Shown one piece after another: positions 1 through 8,829 of a stretch of 28,035 nt of DNA (positions are counted from its first letter, which is position 1; each line of letters opens with the position of its first letter). The DNA lies in IMG/VR virus record IMGVR_UViG_2563366924_000006, positions 1-28,035 of that record. One strand, given 5' to 3'. The notes under the pieces were generated by a model. That model saw only the letters and a program-made list of their open reading frames with translations. It made no database searches and was not told the origin of the DNA. This stretch comes from a virus (Duplodnaviria; Heunggongvirae; Uroviricota; Caudoviricetes). The translations under genes were made by a program, and so were the position numbers.

Positions 1-159
1 AACCTGTAGAGACTTAATTTTACCCAAAGTAATACCCAGTATTTATATGGTTTTGTATATTAAATCATATGTGCCGCCGTCATGGAACACAGTTAGAAAC
101 AATGCGAAATGTTATCAAACATGATGTTCACCCTAACCCTTTTTTGAGTTGGTCATCGG

Positions 160-445
160 AAAACCGTCACAACCGTCACACCCTTTCAAAACACCTCATA
201 ACCACATGAAATAATTATCGAAAAGTTGTGACGGTAAAACCATCACAAACCGCAACAGAAACCGTCACAGAAAAAATAATTCTTAAAATTCATGTGATTA
301 AAAAATGCATATGTGATCATTATAAACCGTCACACCGTGATGGTTTTGTGATGCTTTTGTGATGGTTTTCATTTCTTGATTTATTTATATATATCATATA
401 GATAATAATACTTTTTAAACCTTGTGACGTTTGTGACGGTTTTCC
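160..445. repeat. Array of about 11 copies of a 9-bp repeat AACCGTCAC (variant AACCATCAC) in both orientations, in AT-rich non-coding DNA; candidate replication origin or arm-type protein-binding sites
   Basis: Direct copies at about 162-170, 171-179, 238-246, 259-267, 325-333; inverted copies (GTGACGGTT / GTGATGGTT) at about 228-236, 337-345, 348-356, 359-367, 424-432, 433-441. A very AT-rich stretch at about 361-420 lies between repeat blocks. No convincing ORF. Confidence 0.6.
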
Positions 446-1068
446 GATGCCCCCCCTCAAATTTTGAAAACTTCGCTATTGGCTGGATTTCACCCTGAAT
501 TGTTGGTTGTTTTGTATGTGTAAGTGTTGTGGGTTAGTTATGGTGATATCGGTGTGTGATGTACAAGTGGTGCACAGGGCTGACAGTGCAAGTCATTGCA
601 ATGGCGTAAAAGCTACCAACAAGACGCAACCCCGCACCAGATAAGGCTTTGCCAAACTCAGCCATGAACGATCGCCAATAAAATCCGTATGTCAGGAACT
701 CACGAAAACCACCTAACTCATTGTTATTATTTGTGTTGATTTTCATCCTCGAAATTTGGCCTGCCCGCTCAACTGAAATCCACTGAAATTCATTACATTC
801 TGTGCAATTGCCATTTATCTCGGAATCCCCAGCACTGGCGCGGCCTGCGGGGAGCAATTGCACAAATCCCCAACTGAAAAAACTTTATGACGCAAAGAGC
901 GCAGGCGGGTGCGGTGTAGCGCGGTTTCCGTGATGCGATTCGTTCCGTGGGTGGCTGCGGCTGCGTTTCTGCGGGCCGCTGTGGTGACGATCCTTTCTTG
1001 CCCATGCGTTGACGTGATGGCGCTTTTGCGTGGCCTGTGGTGCGTTCTGGGGGCTGTATTTGAGGTAC

Positions 1069-1092
1069 AAAAAAGCCCGCGCGCGGCGGGCT
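1069..1092 (-). terminator. Rho-independent terminator of the late tail operon
   Basis: GC-rich inverted repeat AGCCCGC / GCGGGCT (about 1074-1080 and 1086-1092) with a 5-nt loop, followed on the minus-strand transcript by a U-run (plus-strand A-run 1069-1073). Lies about 20 nt downstream of the stop of the last tail gene (1112). Confidence 0.6.
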
Positions 1093-1111
1093 ATCTCATG
1101 GTGCTGGCAGG

Positions 1112-2809
1112 TCAGGCAATTAAGCCTTTGTATTTATTCTTTGTGGCTGTTGCAGCCGTGGCCGCTGTCGTGAAGTCGGCGGCATTCGTCGGTGCGCCAG
1201 TGTTCTGATGCGTATGCGCAGCACAGAACGTGGCTACCTGCTGCATCAGGTCAATAGTTTCCAGCATCATCTGCAAGGTGTTCACTGATTCACTGCCTAT
1301 ATGAACCGTTGGCCCCATCACCTGCTGCCCGCCGGCGGCAACACTCTTACGCAATCCCGCTATCTTCTCAGTCAGCGCCGCGCATTCTGTAGTGATGTTG
1401 CCGTTGACTTTAGTTGACTGATTGCCACCGACTTCTGTCGTGGCGTCCTGCGCCACATGCGCGACGTAGTTTGCCTGGGTTCCGATGGCGTAATCACCGG
1501 TGCTGGCCTGTTGAATGGCACCGGCCATGAGCCTGGCTGGCCCCATCACTTTGGTTGTATCACCGGCGTGGATAGTCGTATCACGCTGCGTGATTGTGCG
1601 GCTTTCCGTGTCGGCCTTAACCTCACGGTGCATGGATGATTCCGCAATCGTCTGGTCAGTGGTGCGCTGCATATGCCCTTCAACGGTGACGCGCGTTGCC
1701 ACGCCTTCACGTTGCTGCTGCAGCTGCTCGCCGGGCTTCACATTCGGCAGGCTGGTACCGTCCGGTAACGTCTGGCGAATAAAGGGCTTATCCGGGCGAC
1801 CATCCATAAATGCCACTTCAACCAGTGTCCCGACCGGCGGGAACTGGAACATGCCGCTGTCATGGCCAGCCATTGGCACCGGCAGCTGGACCGCTTTATA
1901 AACCGGTGTATCTCTTACCGGGTTGCCGTCTGCGTCCTGCAGCTGCAGATCCACGGCATAGCGTGGCCGAAACTCGTTAGCAATGTTGCCACTGCTCACC
2001 GGCTCAGAATGCGCAATCACCCTCGCAACCCGGGGAACATGCAGCCCGCCGGCAATCTCCGGACACACGGCCTCAAGCTGGCGGCGTATCAGGGGCTTAG
2101 TTAACGGATTGCCGGCGGCATCAAGCGGCGTCCATGTCAGCATCATGTCATCGTTCATCAGCCCGACTTTCGTTACCCGCTGACCATTCACCATCGCACC
2201 CGGTCGCAGTGTTGGCACCATCGGGATTGTCATCGTATCGCCGGCTGCTGATGCCTGGCTGAACTCATGCGGAATATCGACCGGCTTATTTGCCAGTAAG
2301 CTGTGCGCATAGCTGCCGGTGAACATGTCGCCATCAGGCAGCTGATACCAGACATAATCAGGAATGCTGAAGGATTTCCCCAGAATGGCCAGCAGCTGCC
2401 AGCCAGTGCCGGCATGGGTGAAATGGGCAATTGGTTTGTCGGTGTAGTCGGCGTTAGCGGGAAGCGTAAACGCCAAACCAGTATGGCTTCCCAGCCATTC
2501 AGCAACGATGCGTAAAGTAGGATGCTGGAACGAGCAGGGAATTGGCTTATCAAGTTTACCCGCCAGCTCCCGCACAAACAGTTTCGCGCTGCCGTTCTCT
2601 GCCGGCTGCGACCGCTCAACATACCCGGTAAACCAGCGATACATCATATCCGGGTATCCAATATCAAGGCGCACCAGTTTGCCGGTGTAATCATCACTGG
2701 TCACGGCGGTAATAAAACCCCGACCGCCTGATGACATTTCCAGTACCAGATTGACATCAGACAGGGGAATTTCGTCACCAGAAAGATAAAGACGTTTAAT
2801 CGGGCGCAT
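1112..2809 (-). CDS. Baseplate central spike protein, gpV/gp5-like, possibly a hub-spike fusion (565 aa)
   Basis: Motif FPPVGTLVEVAFMDGRPDKPFI resembles the gpV/VgrG OB-fold signature; C-terminal HTHQNTGAPT resembles the gpV spike-tip motif. Last gene of the tail operon, stop overlaps the start region of the upstream gene. N-terminal half not confidently assigned. Confidence 0.5.
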   Translation of the reverse strand: MRPIKRLYLSGDEIPLSDVNLVLEMSSGGRGFITAVTSDDYTGKLVRLDIGYPDMMYRWFTGYVERSQPAENGSAKLFVRELAGKLDKPIPCSFQHPTLRIVAEWLGSHTGLAFTLPANADYTDKPIAHFTHAGTGWQLLAILGKSFSIPDYVWYQLPDGDMFTGSYAHSLLANKPVDIPHEFSQASAAGDTMTIPMVPTLRPGAMVNGQRVTKVGLMNDDMMLTWTPLDAAGNPLTKPLIRRQLEAVCPEIAGGLHVPRVARVIAHSEPVSSGNIANEFRPRYAVDLQLQDADGNPVRDTPVYKAVQLPVPMAGHDSGMFQFPPVGTLVEVAFMDGRPDKPFIRQTLPDGTSLPNVKPGEQLQQQREGVATRVTVEGHMQRTTDQTIAESSMHREVKADTESRTITQRDTTIHAGDTTKVMGPARLMAGAIQQASTGDYAIGTQANYVAHVAQDATTEVGGNQSTKVNGNITTECAALTEKIAGLRKSVAAGGQQVMGPTVHIGSESVNTLQMMLETIDLMQQVATFCAAHTHQNTGAPTNAADFTTAATAATATKNKYKGLIA

Positions 2810-3324
2810 TAATCCACCACCTTACCAAGCGCATTATTGACGGGGTTCAATACCTTGCTTTCAAACCACGTCAGCTTCTGATCGCTTTCTTTCGCGGCGC
2901 TGCTGCTTGCGTCACCGGTGCCAGCTGATTGTTTTGCCGCTGCAGTACCATTTCGGGAATCGTTTCTTGCCTGGCGCTTTTCCGGAACGCTGTGTTTTTC
3001 ACGCAGCGTAAACTGGACACCCCAAGCCATTTTCCCATCCTGTTCCTGCGCCTCCAGCTTGCCCGCAAAATTGACCTGGCGAATGCCTACCGTGTTTGCT
3101 GTCAGGTTGGCCACACGGTAAAGTGCCAGCGCTCCACCGGCTGTCGTTGCGCTGGCCAGTGCAAAAAGACGCTTCAGCGTCTTTTCTTCAGAGAAGGGGA
3201 TCACCCCGCTTACCTGTAGCTCTTTGGCTTTAATACCCTGCTCTGCGCGGGTCGTGCTCGATGTCTGTCCTGACTGGTCTTTATCCTGATACTGCATCCC
3301 CAGCGTGACGCGCAGATTTTTCAT
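2809..3324 (-). CDS. Hypothetical tail-operon protein (about 171 aa from ATG at 3324)
   Basis: ORF track extends to 3366 through a TTG codon; the first ATG is at 3324 (MKNLRVTLGMQYQ...). Backbone-like GC. Low-complexity Ser/Ala/Gly-rich C-terminal region. No family recognised. Confidence 0.45.
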   Translation of the reverse strand: MKNLRVTLGMQYQDKDQSGQTSSTTRAEQGIKAKELQVSGVIPFSEEKTLKRLFALASATTAGGALALYRVANLTANTVGIRQVNFAGKLEAQEQDGKMAWGVQFTLREKHSVPEKRQARNDSRNGTAAAKQSAGTGDASSSAAKESDQKLTWFESKVLNPVNNALGKVVD

Positions 3325-3358
3325 GATGATGGCCTCGCCATCAAGAGCCAGAATGATG

Positions 3359-4060
3359 TTAGCCAATCATTGCCTCCAGTGCGCTCAAATCACTTCCTGT
3401 GAAAAGAATGGCTGCAGTATGTACCGCATCCGGATGAGGTAGATTTTTTACCAGCTCCACCGCTGTTGTCAGCGCCGGCCCCTTCATATTGAAAAACCAC
3501 GCTTTCGCCGTTTTCCCCTGCAATTCAGTCATTGCGCTTGCGATGTCTGCCAGTGCTGCGGTGCGCTCCTGAAGAAAACCCGCCAGCCCCGTGGTTATCG
3601 AACTCACACTGGCAGCTGCGGCCGCTTCAAGTTTTGCCGCCTCAATACGCGCAGCGTTCAATGCCTGCCGTGTCGTTTCTGTTGCGACGTTAATTGGGGC
3701 AGGTAATGCCGAAAGCACATCCGGCAGCTGCATTTTCACCTGTTCCAGTTCCCCAAAAGACTGCGCCAGCCGGCGCACCTGTTTCAACTCCGGCATGGGC
3801 AGGACTGAGGCAACGGAATCAAGGGATGAAAGTAAATCGCTGTGCGTGTTTTCGCATAGCATCATGATGATGTTGTGCGAGCCGGCCCCCTTCTCCAGCA
3901 GGCGCTTGCCCAGATAAGAGATGGCATTTAGCGGGCTGAGATAGCCCCCCGATTGGGTATGTTGGCCCAGTTCAGGCACCCATGGGTGAGCAGGGATAAC
4001 ACTGCAGGATAAAGAGGTTAATTGCGCCGGTATGCGCAAGGTGGCCTGTGTCCATGCCAT
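3359..4060 (-). CDS. Hypothetical tail-operon protein (about 233 aa from ATG at 4060)
   Basis: ORF track start at 4063 is GTG; the ATG at 4060 overlaps the TGA stop of the upstream fibre assembly gene (TGATG), suggesting translational coupling. Ala-rich predicted helical segment. No family recognised. Confidence 0.5.
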   Translation of the reverse strand: MAWTQATLRIPAQLTSLSCSVIPAHPWVPELGQHTQSGGYLSPLNAISYLGKRLLEKGAGSHNIIMMLCENTHSDLLSSLDSVASVLPMPELKQVRRLAQSFGELEQVKMQLPDVLSALPAPINVATETTRQALNAARIEAAKLEAAAAASVSSITTGLAGFLQERTAALADIASAMTELQGKTAKAWFFNMKGPALTTAVELVKNLPHPDAVHTAAILFTGSDLSALEAMIG

Positions 4061-4587
4061 CACGGGCGCTCCGGCCAGATGATTTCAGGTGCGGTACTAA
4101 TATCAAGACGGCGCAGAGCAGTACGATAAATACGCCATGCGGCGAGTTCTGCCAATTCTTCAGAAGTTATATCGCCATCATCCTGCGCTTCAGCCAGCGA
4201 GTTAATACGCGCACTGGCTAATGCCATTTCACTGTCGCGCCGCTGTGTCGCTACGGCTAGAGCATCAACAGGCACGGGAATGATTTTTCCCTGGCTAAAC
4301 AACCACTCACCCGATTCACCATTAAAAGCCTCCGGGACATCGCTCATATTGATTTCAGCGACGGAGAGATTAACTGGCCTGAGCATGGTGGCATCTGATG
4401 ATGCGGCGATAATACGACCACTATGATCATAGGTAAATTTCAACGTGTCCTCTGCAAATTGTGCACGCCGGTGATACCAGTCGATCCCCTGGTCATCTTC
4501 ACAAAATTCAATATTGAAAGATGCTTTTAAATCCTCCTGAACCGGCGTCAGGTCTGTACTAATCTTGAAGTTTTGAAAATTTTTCAT
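4060..4587 (-). CDS. G: Tail fibre assembly protein (P2 gpG-like chaperone)
   Basis: 175 aa, immediately downstream of the tail fibre gene; C-terminal region (ELAELAAWRIYRTALRRLD...) resembles the tail-fibre-assembly domain. Confidence 0.75.
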   Translation of the reverse strand: MKNFQNFKISTDLTPVQEDLKASFNIEFCEDDQGIDWYHRRAQFAEDTLKFTYDHSGRIIAASSDATMLRPVNLSVAEINMSDVPEAFNGESGEWLFSQGKIIPVPVDALAVATQRRDSEMALASARINSLAEAQDDGDITSEELAELAAWRIYRTALRRLDISTAPEIIWPERP

Positions 4588-4588
4588 T

Positions 4589-6781
4589 TTACTGCCCTAC
4601 GTTCATCCATGAACCGTTGATATTAATCTGGAGCGGGCGGCGTTGAATAATATCCACAATATCGTCAGGTGTAGTGGGAGAGTTATTTACTACGCCTGTA
4701 ATGACATATCCCAACTGATCGTTATATCCCAGCGCACGATAAATTACTGCGTTCTCTACAGCACCAAATCGTAATCCCTGCATAAATCGACCATTCGCCC
4801 AGTTATAAATATCATTGCGTAAGTCTATGTTTGCCCATGCTATCGTTGCATAGGGGCTTAAATCCTGCTGCGGTTGCGGGTTCCTGGGGGAATATACCCG
4901 CGAGCCACTTTCATAAACCACGCTGGCATTGAAAGTTCCGGCAGTGGATAAAGCGCCCTGGGGTGTACTCCATGAGAAGATTTCACGCCCTCCGGTATTG
5001 TCTTCCTGCAGGCGAATACTGGCACCATCCATTACCAGCAAAATTGTTTTGCCAGTATCAGATTCATTTAAAGCGATAGTCGGTACTGGCCCGGTAATAT
5101 CCATTGTACCTATGGCAGAAAGTCGCCCGGAGGTGCCGAGTGTATTTCCATCCCAGGAGAATGCTGTTTTACCATCACCAGTATTGTCTTCCTGCAGTCT
5201 GATCGCCGTGCCATCAGCAACCAGATAGAATTTCTTCCCGGAATCCGTTTCACTAAACACAATCGTTGGTGAACCTCCCTCCAGAGTGACTGGATAACTT
5301 GCAGAATTATTTTTAAACGTAACTGGCCCGGTAACATCCCCTCCAGCAGCGGAAAGCGCCCCAATGTTAGCCGGGGACAGCGTAATATCACGCGAGCCGT
5401 CAAAGGCAACGGTGTTGATTTTTCGTGCTGTTTCAAGTTTTTTGGCTGCTACCGCCGTTCCATCTGATGGCAGCGCCCCGACATCATCGGCAGTGGGTTT
5501 ATTGTCCGTGGTATAAAACGTCGTCCAGTTATTCCATGTATCACTGTCGCCGTTTTTTGTCCTGAGTTTTACCAGCCCCTGCTGCATATAGCTGGCGGCT
5601 AGTTGAACGTTGTAACGCCCTCCCAACCCTGAGAAATCCATAACTGAACTCTCAAACCCGGGTGAATGGGTGGCTGATGCATAAACAAAACTGACTGAGT
5701 TTTCCGGTAAATTGTTCGCATCGGTTGCAAATGAACCTGCCACACCCGATGCAACAGCCGAGCGAACAGCGAGAGCATTTCCATTAATCACAATCCGGTC
5801 AGGAGTAGTATCTTCTCTGGAAGTCTGGACATTTGCTGTCGCACCACTGCCTAACTGCAGACTCTTTCTGCTTTCTGCCGGGTCACTGAGATCACTTAAA
5901 TTTTTATCTTTGCGCAAAAAATCGTTATTTGCCTGCTGTTCCCCCTTGCTGCCTTTGGGGCGTAAGTCCGTCACGGAACCATCAGCATTGATTTGTGCGA
6001 CAGCAAAAACATAATGATTTACGTCATTTTTCACGTAATCAGCCAGCGTATCAGCCAGGGTAATCGTTGTATTAACCTGCCAGACACTGGTAAGAGTGCC
6101 GGTAAAACTGGTATCGACCCAGACTTTTACCGGTTTAGTGGCCACCGTGAGCGCCTGCTCTGCTGCCAGTACGGCACGCAACCCACCGACATAACCTGTA
6201 CCTGCAGTGACACTGTAATTGTTCCCGGATCGCTTAACCAAAAAGCCATCCCCGATAAATGCACCGGTGCCATAAACATCGATATTTTCAACCCGGTGGC
6301 GCTCATCCATCCCCGCCAGACGAGCAGTGAAATCAATCTGCCAGGTGCCTGCAGGCGTGGTGATTTGAGTTTCTTTTTTTGCCCCGTCGTACTCCATCAG
6401 AAATGAGCGCGTCAGCACGTTACCCTGAGTGCCAGCGTTGTTTTTTACCTTCTGCTGCAATGGGGCATGAACAATCATGGCCAGCGTGTTGCTGGTCTTA
6501 TCTCTCAGCCCTACCCAGTTAAATGAAAAATCGCCAACATCCGCGCCCAGCGTGATGGAATACACCACAGCGTTAGCATTCACCACACCCGTTTTTCCCA
6601 CGCTGGCGCGATGCACAATTTGCCCTGCAGTTGGCATTGCTTCAGCGGGATCGATAGGGTCTGTGATGTTCAGATTTGGAACATTGGCAAACACAAATTC
6701 ATCCAGTACAACGGGGGTATTGGCTGCAGCCTGTTGCGCTTTTAGCGCCTCAAAAGCTGTGGTGATAACGGTCTGTGACAT
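4589..6781 (-). CDS. H: Tail fibre protein (P2 gpH-like)
   Basis: 730 aa. N-terminus SQTVITTAFEALKAQQAAANTP and C-terminus NINGSWMNVGQ resemble the conserved N- and C-terminal ends of P2 gpH (recalled KYINGTWYNVAQV); Gly/Thr/Ser-rich repetitive central region. Confidence 0.85.
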   Translation of the reverse strand: MSQTVITTAFEALKAQQAAANTPVVLDEFVFANVPNLNITDPIDPAEAMPTAGQIVHRASVGKTGVVNANAVVYSITLGADVGDFSFNWVGLRDKTSNTLAMIVHAPLQQKVKNNAGTQGNVLTRSFLMEYDGAKKETQITTPAGTWQIDFTARLAGMDERHRVENIDVYGTGAFIGDGFLVKRSGNNYSVTAGTGYVGGLRAVLAAEQALTVATKPVKVWVDTSFTGTLTSVWQVNTTITLADTLADYVKNDVNHYVFAVAQINADGSVTDLRPKGSKGEQQANNDFLRKDKNLSDLSDPAESRKSLQLGSGATANVQTSREDTTPDRIVINGNALAVRSAVASGVAGSFATDANNLPENSVSFVYASATHSPGFESSVMDFSGLGGRYNVQLAASYMQQGLVKLRTKNGDSDTWNNWTTFYTTDNKPTADDVGALPSDGTAVAAKKLETARKINTVAFDGSRDITLSPANIGALSAAGGDVTGPVTFKNNSASYPVTLEGGSPTIVFSETDSGKKFYLVADGTAIRLQEDNTGDGKTAFSWDGNTLGTSGRLSAIGTMDITGPVPTIALNESDTGKTILLVMDGASIRLQEDNTGGREIFSWSTPQGALSTAGTFNASVVYESGSRVYSPRNPQPQQDLSPYATIAWANIDLRNDIYNWANGRFMQGLRFGAVENAVIYRALGYNDQLGYVITGVVNNSPTTPDDIVDIIQRRPLQININGSWMNVGQ

Positions 6782-6799
6782 TTTTTCTTCCCTGAAATC

Positions 6800-7333
6800 T
6801 TATTTTGATGCGGTATAAACCACGTAATCACCGGTGAACCACCCGGCACGAACATCCAGCTCGTTAATGGTGATCACTTCATAATCATAGCGGCGGCAGG
6901 TTCGGCCATACTGGCGAATAATTTCCCGTAACAGTGCGCCGTTCGCCGCTATCTGGCCATCACTCACCCGGATGGTGATAACGTCCCAGTCCTTTCCCTG
7001 CTGCCGTTCCTGAAGCTCCACATAACCGATACCCAGCCGATGAAATATCGCAATAAATCCTTCGACGCTGCCGGCATCACGCGCATTTATCCATGCATAG
7101 GCCACACGCTTGCGAAACAAATCGAGAGGCTCGCCACTGAAACGGGTGATATCCCGCTCCCATGCCAGCAGATTCAGGAGGGCTTCCGGGCACGTCAGGG
7201 GGTCGAACTGTTTTGATGGCCATAACAACCAGTCATACAGCCATTGCCAGAACTTTTTGCAGGCGGTCAGCAACTTTGCCAGCTCGCCTTTGTCCATCCA
7301 GAACGGGAGTTTTAGCTTAGAAAAATCAGGCAT
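6800..7333 (-). CDS. I: Baseplate protein, P2 gpI-like
   Basis: 177 aa (P2 gpI is 176 aa); motif DPLTCPEALLNLLAWERD resembles recalled P2 gpI DPDTCPANLLPWLAWAFSVDRW; lies between J-like and H-like genes as in P2. Confidence 0.7.
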   Translation of the reverse strand: MPDFSKLKLPFWMDKGELAKLLTACKKFWQWLYDWLLWPSKQFDPLTCPEALLNLLAWERDITRFSGEPLDLFRKRVAYAWINARDAGSVEGFIAIFHRLGIGYVELQERQQGKDWDVITIRVSDGQIAANGALLREIIRQYGRTCRRYDYEVITINELDVRAGWFTGDYVVYTASK

Positions 7334-8507
7334 TCTTCAGCTCCACAGTAAGCGATGTCAGGCGCGGCACTTCCAGCTGGCTGGTGATGTCTTTGATGGA
7401 AAACTCCACCGAATCGACACCGCTCAGTAATTCGTGCAACTCCCTGCCAAGCTGTGAAAATGAGAAACGCGAATAAGGCCATGTCTTCACCACATCCCAG
7501 GCAGTATTTTCACGAAATGCGCAACGGATCAGGCTTTCGACATCACTTTTTAGCGCGGCTTGCGCTTCATCGCTTAGGTTGGAAAGATTGACCACGTACA
7601 CCGTTGCCGTCAGGTCACGGTGCGTTTCGGGCATGGCCATGCATTGCATATCATCGCCATGGCCGTGATGCCCCTGCGTATTGATAAAATCATTGACCGC
7701 ATCAATAAACGGCTGCGATGCCTGACCACTGTCGAGCAGCAGATATGCGTTTGCCGTACCGGGCCCGCGCGGTGCGTCATGCTTAAAGAAGATGCGATCC
7801 ACTGACAGCGCCACCACTTCCGCAATCATGCTGCGGTAAATCGCATCGGTATGATAATTACCTACCAGGTTGAACTGGTTGCGGCAACGTTCGCGCAGTT
7901 CATCATCTGATTCGTCATCGCCACCCGGTTGCGTCAACCAGTCATCCTCTGTCACCGCGCTGGCAATGCCAGGCACGGCCACCGGCAGAATACGGTAATA
8001 ACCGGGTGCCAGATTCCATGCAGCCCCCGCGCCATTGGCCTGTACTGGCACCAGAGCTGAAGCGACGTTTGCCGGGATGATTGTGTCAGCGGTGACGGCA
8101 AGCTGATAAATAACGCCATTAATCCGCTCAGTCTGCACAACCGTACCGGCTGGCACTGTTGCCACCTGGCCGGCGGTAATTTTGGTAAAACGCACTACCC
8201 CCTGCGCCGCGCTGGCGGGTTTCGGTGTGACATTCAGCCCCCACGCCAGCAGACGCAAAAGCGAGCCGGTCGCAGTGGCCACAAACATGTTGGCCATGAC
8301 AATGTTAATCAGCGCACTGATGATCCACATCACCGGCGTGGTGATTAGTGCCGTGACCAGACGCCAGAACGGAGACATGCGGGAGGTATTCGTCACAAAC
8401 CCCTCGGCTTTCACCAGGCGGTTAAATTCCGCTTTTACGGCTTCTTCAGTAACCGGCATTCCTGCATCCTGCAGGACTTTTTCAAAATCAGCCTTCGGCT
8501 TTTCCAT
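7326..8507 (-). CDS. Baseplate J-like protein (gpJ / gp6 family)
   Basis: Contains the Baseplate_J-type acidic motif GGDDESDDELRERCRNQ. Start placed at the ATG at 8507, which has a strong GAGGGAG ribosome-binding site; the ORF track extends it to 8549. Confidence 0.75.
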   Translation of the reverse strand: MEKPKADFEKVLQDAGMPVTEEAVKAEFNRLVKAEGFVTNTSRMSPFWRLVTALITTPVMWIISALINIVMANMFVATATGSLLRLLAWGLNVTPKPASAAQGVVRFTKITAGQVATVPAGTVVQTERINGVIYQLAVTADTIIPANVASALVPVQANGAGAAWNLAPGYYRILPVAVPGIASAVTEDDWLTQPGGDDESDDELRERCRNQFNLVGNYHTDAIYRSMIAEVVALSVDRIFFKHDAPRGPGTANAYLLLDSGQASQPFIDAVNDFINTQGHHGHGDDMQCMAMPETHRDLTATVYVVNLSNLSDEAQAALKSDVESLIRCAFRENTAWDVVKTWPYSRFSFSQLGRELHELLSGVDSVEFSIKDITSQLEVPRLTSLTVELKNA

Positions 8508-8829
8508 AATCCACTCCCTCGGATAGCGGCCCAAAATCATAGGTATCACCGGTGATAAGCAGCCTGGTCAGGCTTTCTTCTTCCACCTCTACCGTTCCCG
8601 GAACAATCCTTTCATCACCTTCTACCAGCAGGATTATCTGGGTGAAAATGTCGCTGCGCAGTGTCGGGCTGCGCTCTGCAATTAACGCTGTAGCCAGACC
8701 GCTTTCCATCACCGCATGTACCAGGTCCTGCCCAATGCTGTAGCGGTTATTGCAGGTCATTGGCTCATTGCCGGCATTCAGCACGATATCGCCGCCGGTG
8801 ATGAGCAAATCTATAAATAAATCACTCAT
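8488..8829 (-). CDS. Small baseplate protein, possibly gpW/gp25-like
   Basis: About 113 aa from the ATG at 8829, which overlaps the tape-measure stop (ATGA). Size and position before the J-like gene match gpW; sequence resemblance is weak. Confidence 0.4.
   Translation of the reverse strand: MSDLFIDLLITGGDIVLNAGNEPMTCNNRYSIGQDLVHAVMESGLATALIAERSPTLRSDIFTQIILLVEGDERIVPGTVEVEEESLTRLLITGDTYDFGPLSEGVDYGKAEG

Noticed and set aside
125-132. Single exact copy of the P4 type I iteron octamer TGTTCACC
   Set aside because: One 8-mer match in about 1 kb of AT-rich DNA is compatible with chance; the locally iterated motif is a different 9-mer.
534-863. 109-aa minus-strand ORF (also 793-1005 and 885-1070) upstream of the repeat array
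   Set aside because: No convincing ribosome-binding site, odd composition (Asn run, His-rich tail), and it spans the boundary between GC-rich and AT-rich non-coding DNA; kept only as a weak possibility of a small gene.
909-1208. 99-aa plus-strand ORF (GTG start) in the GC-rich block
   Set aside because: It starts with GTG, overlaps the convergent tail gene end and the terminator hairpin, and is purely hydrophobic with low complexity; more likely a compositional artefact.
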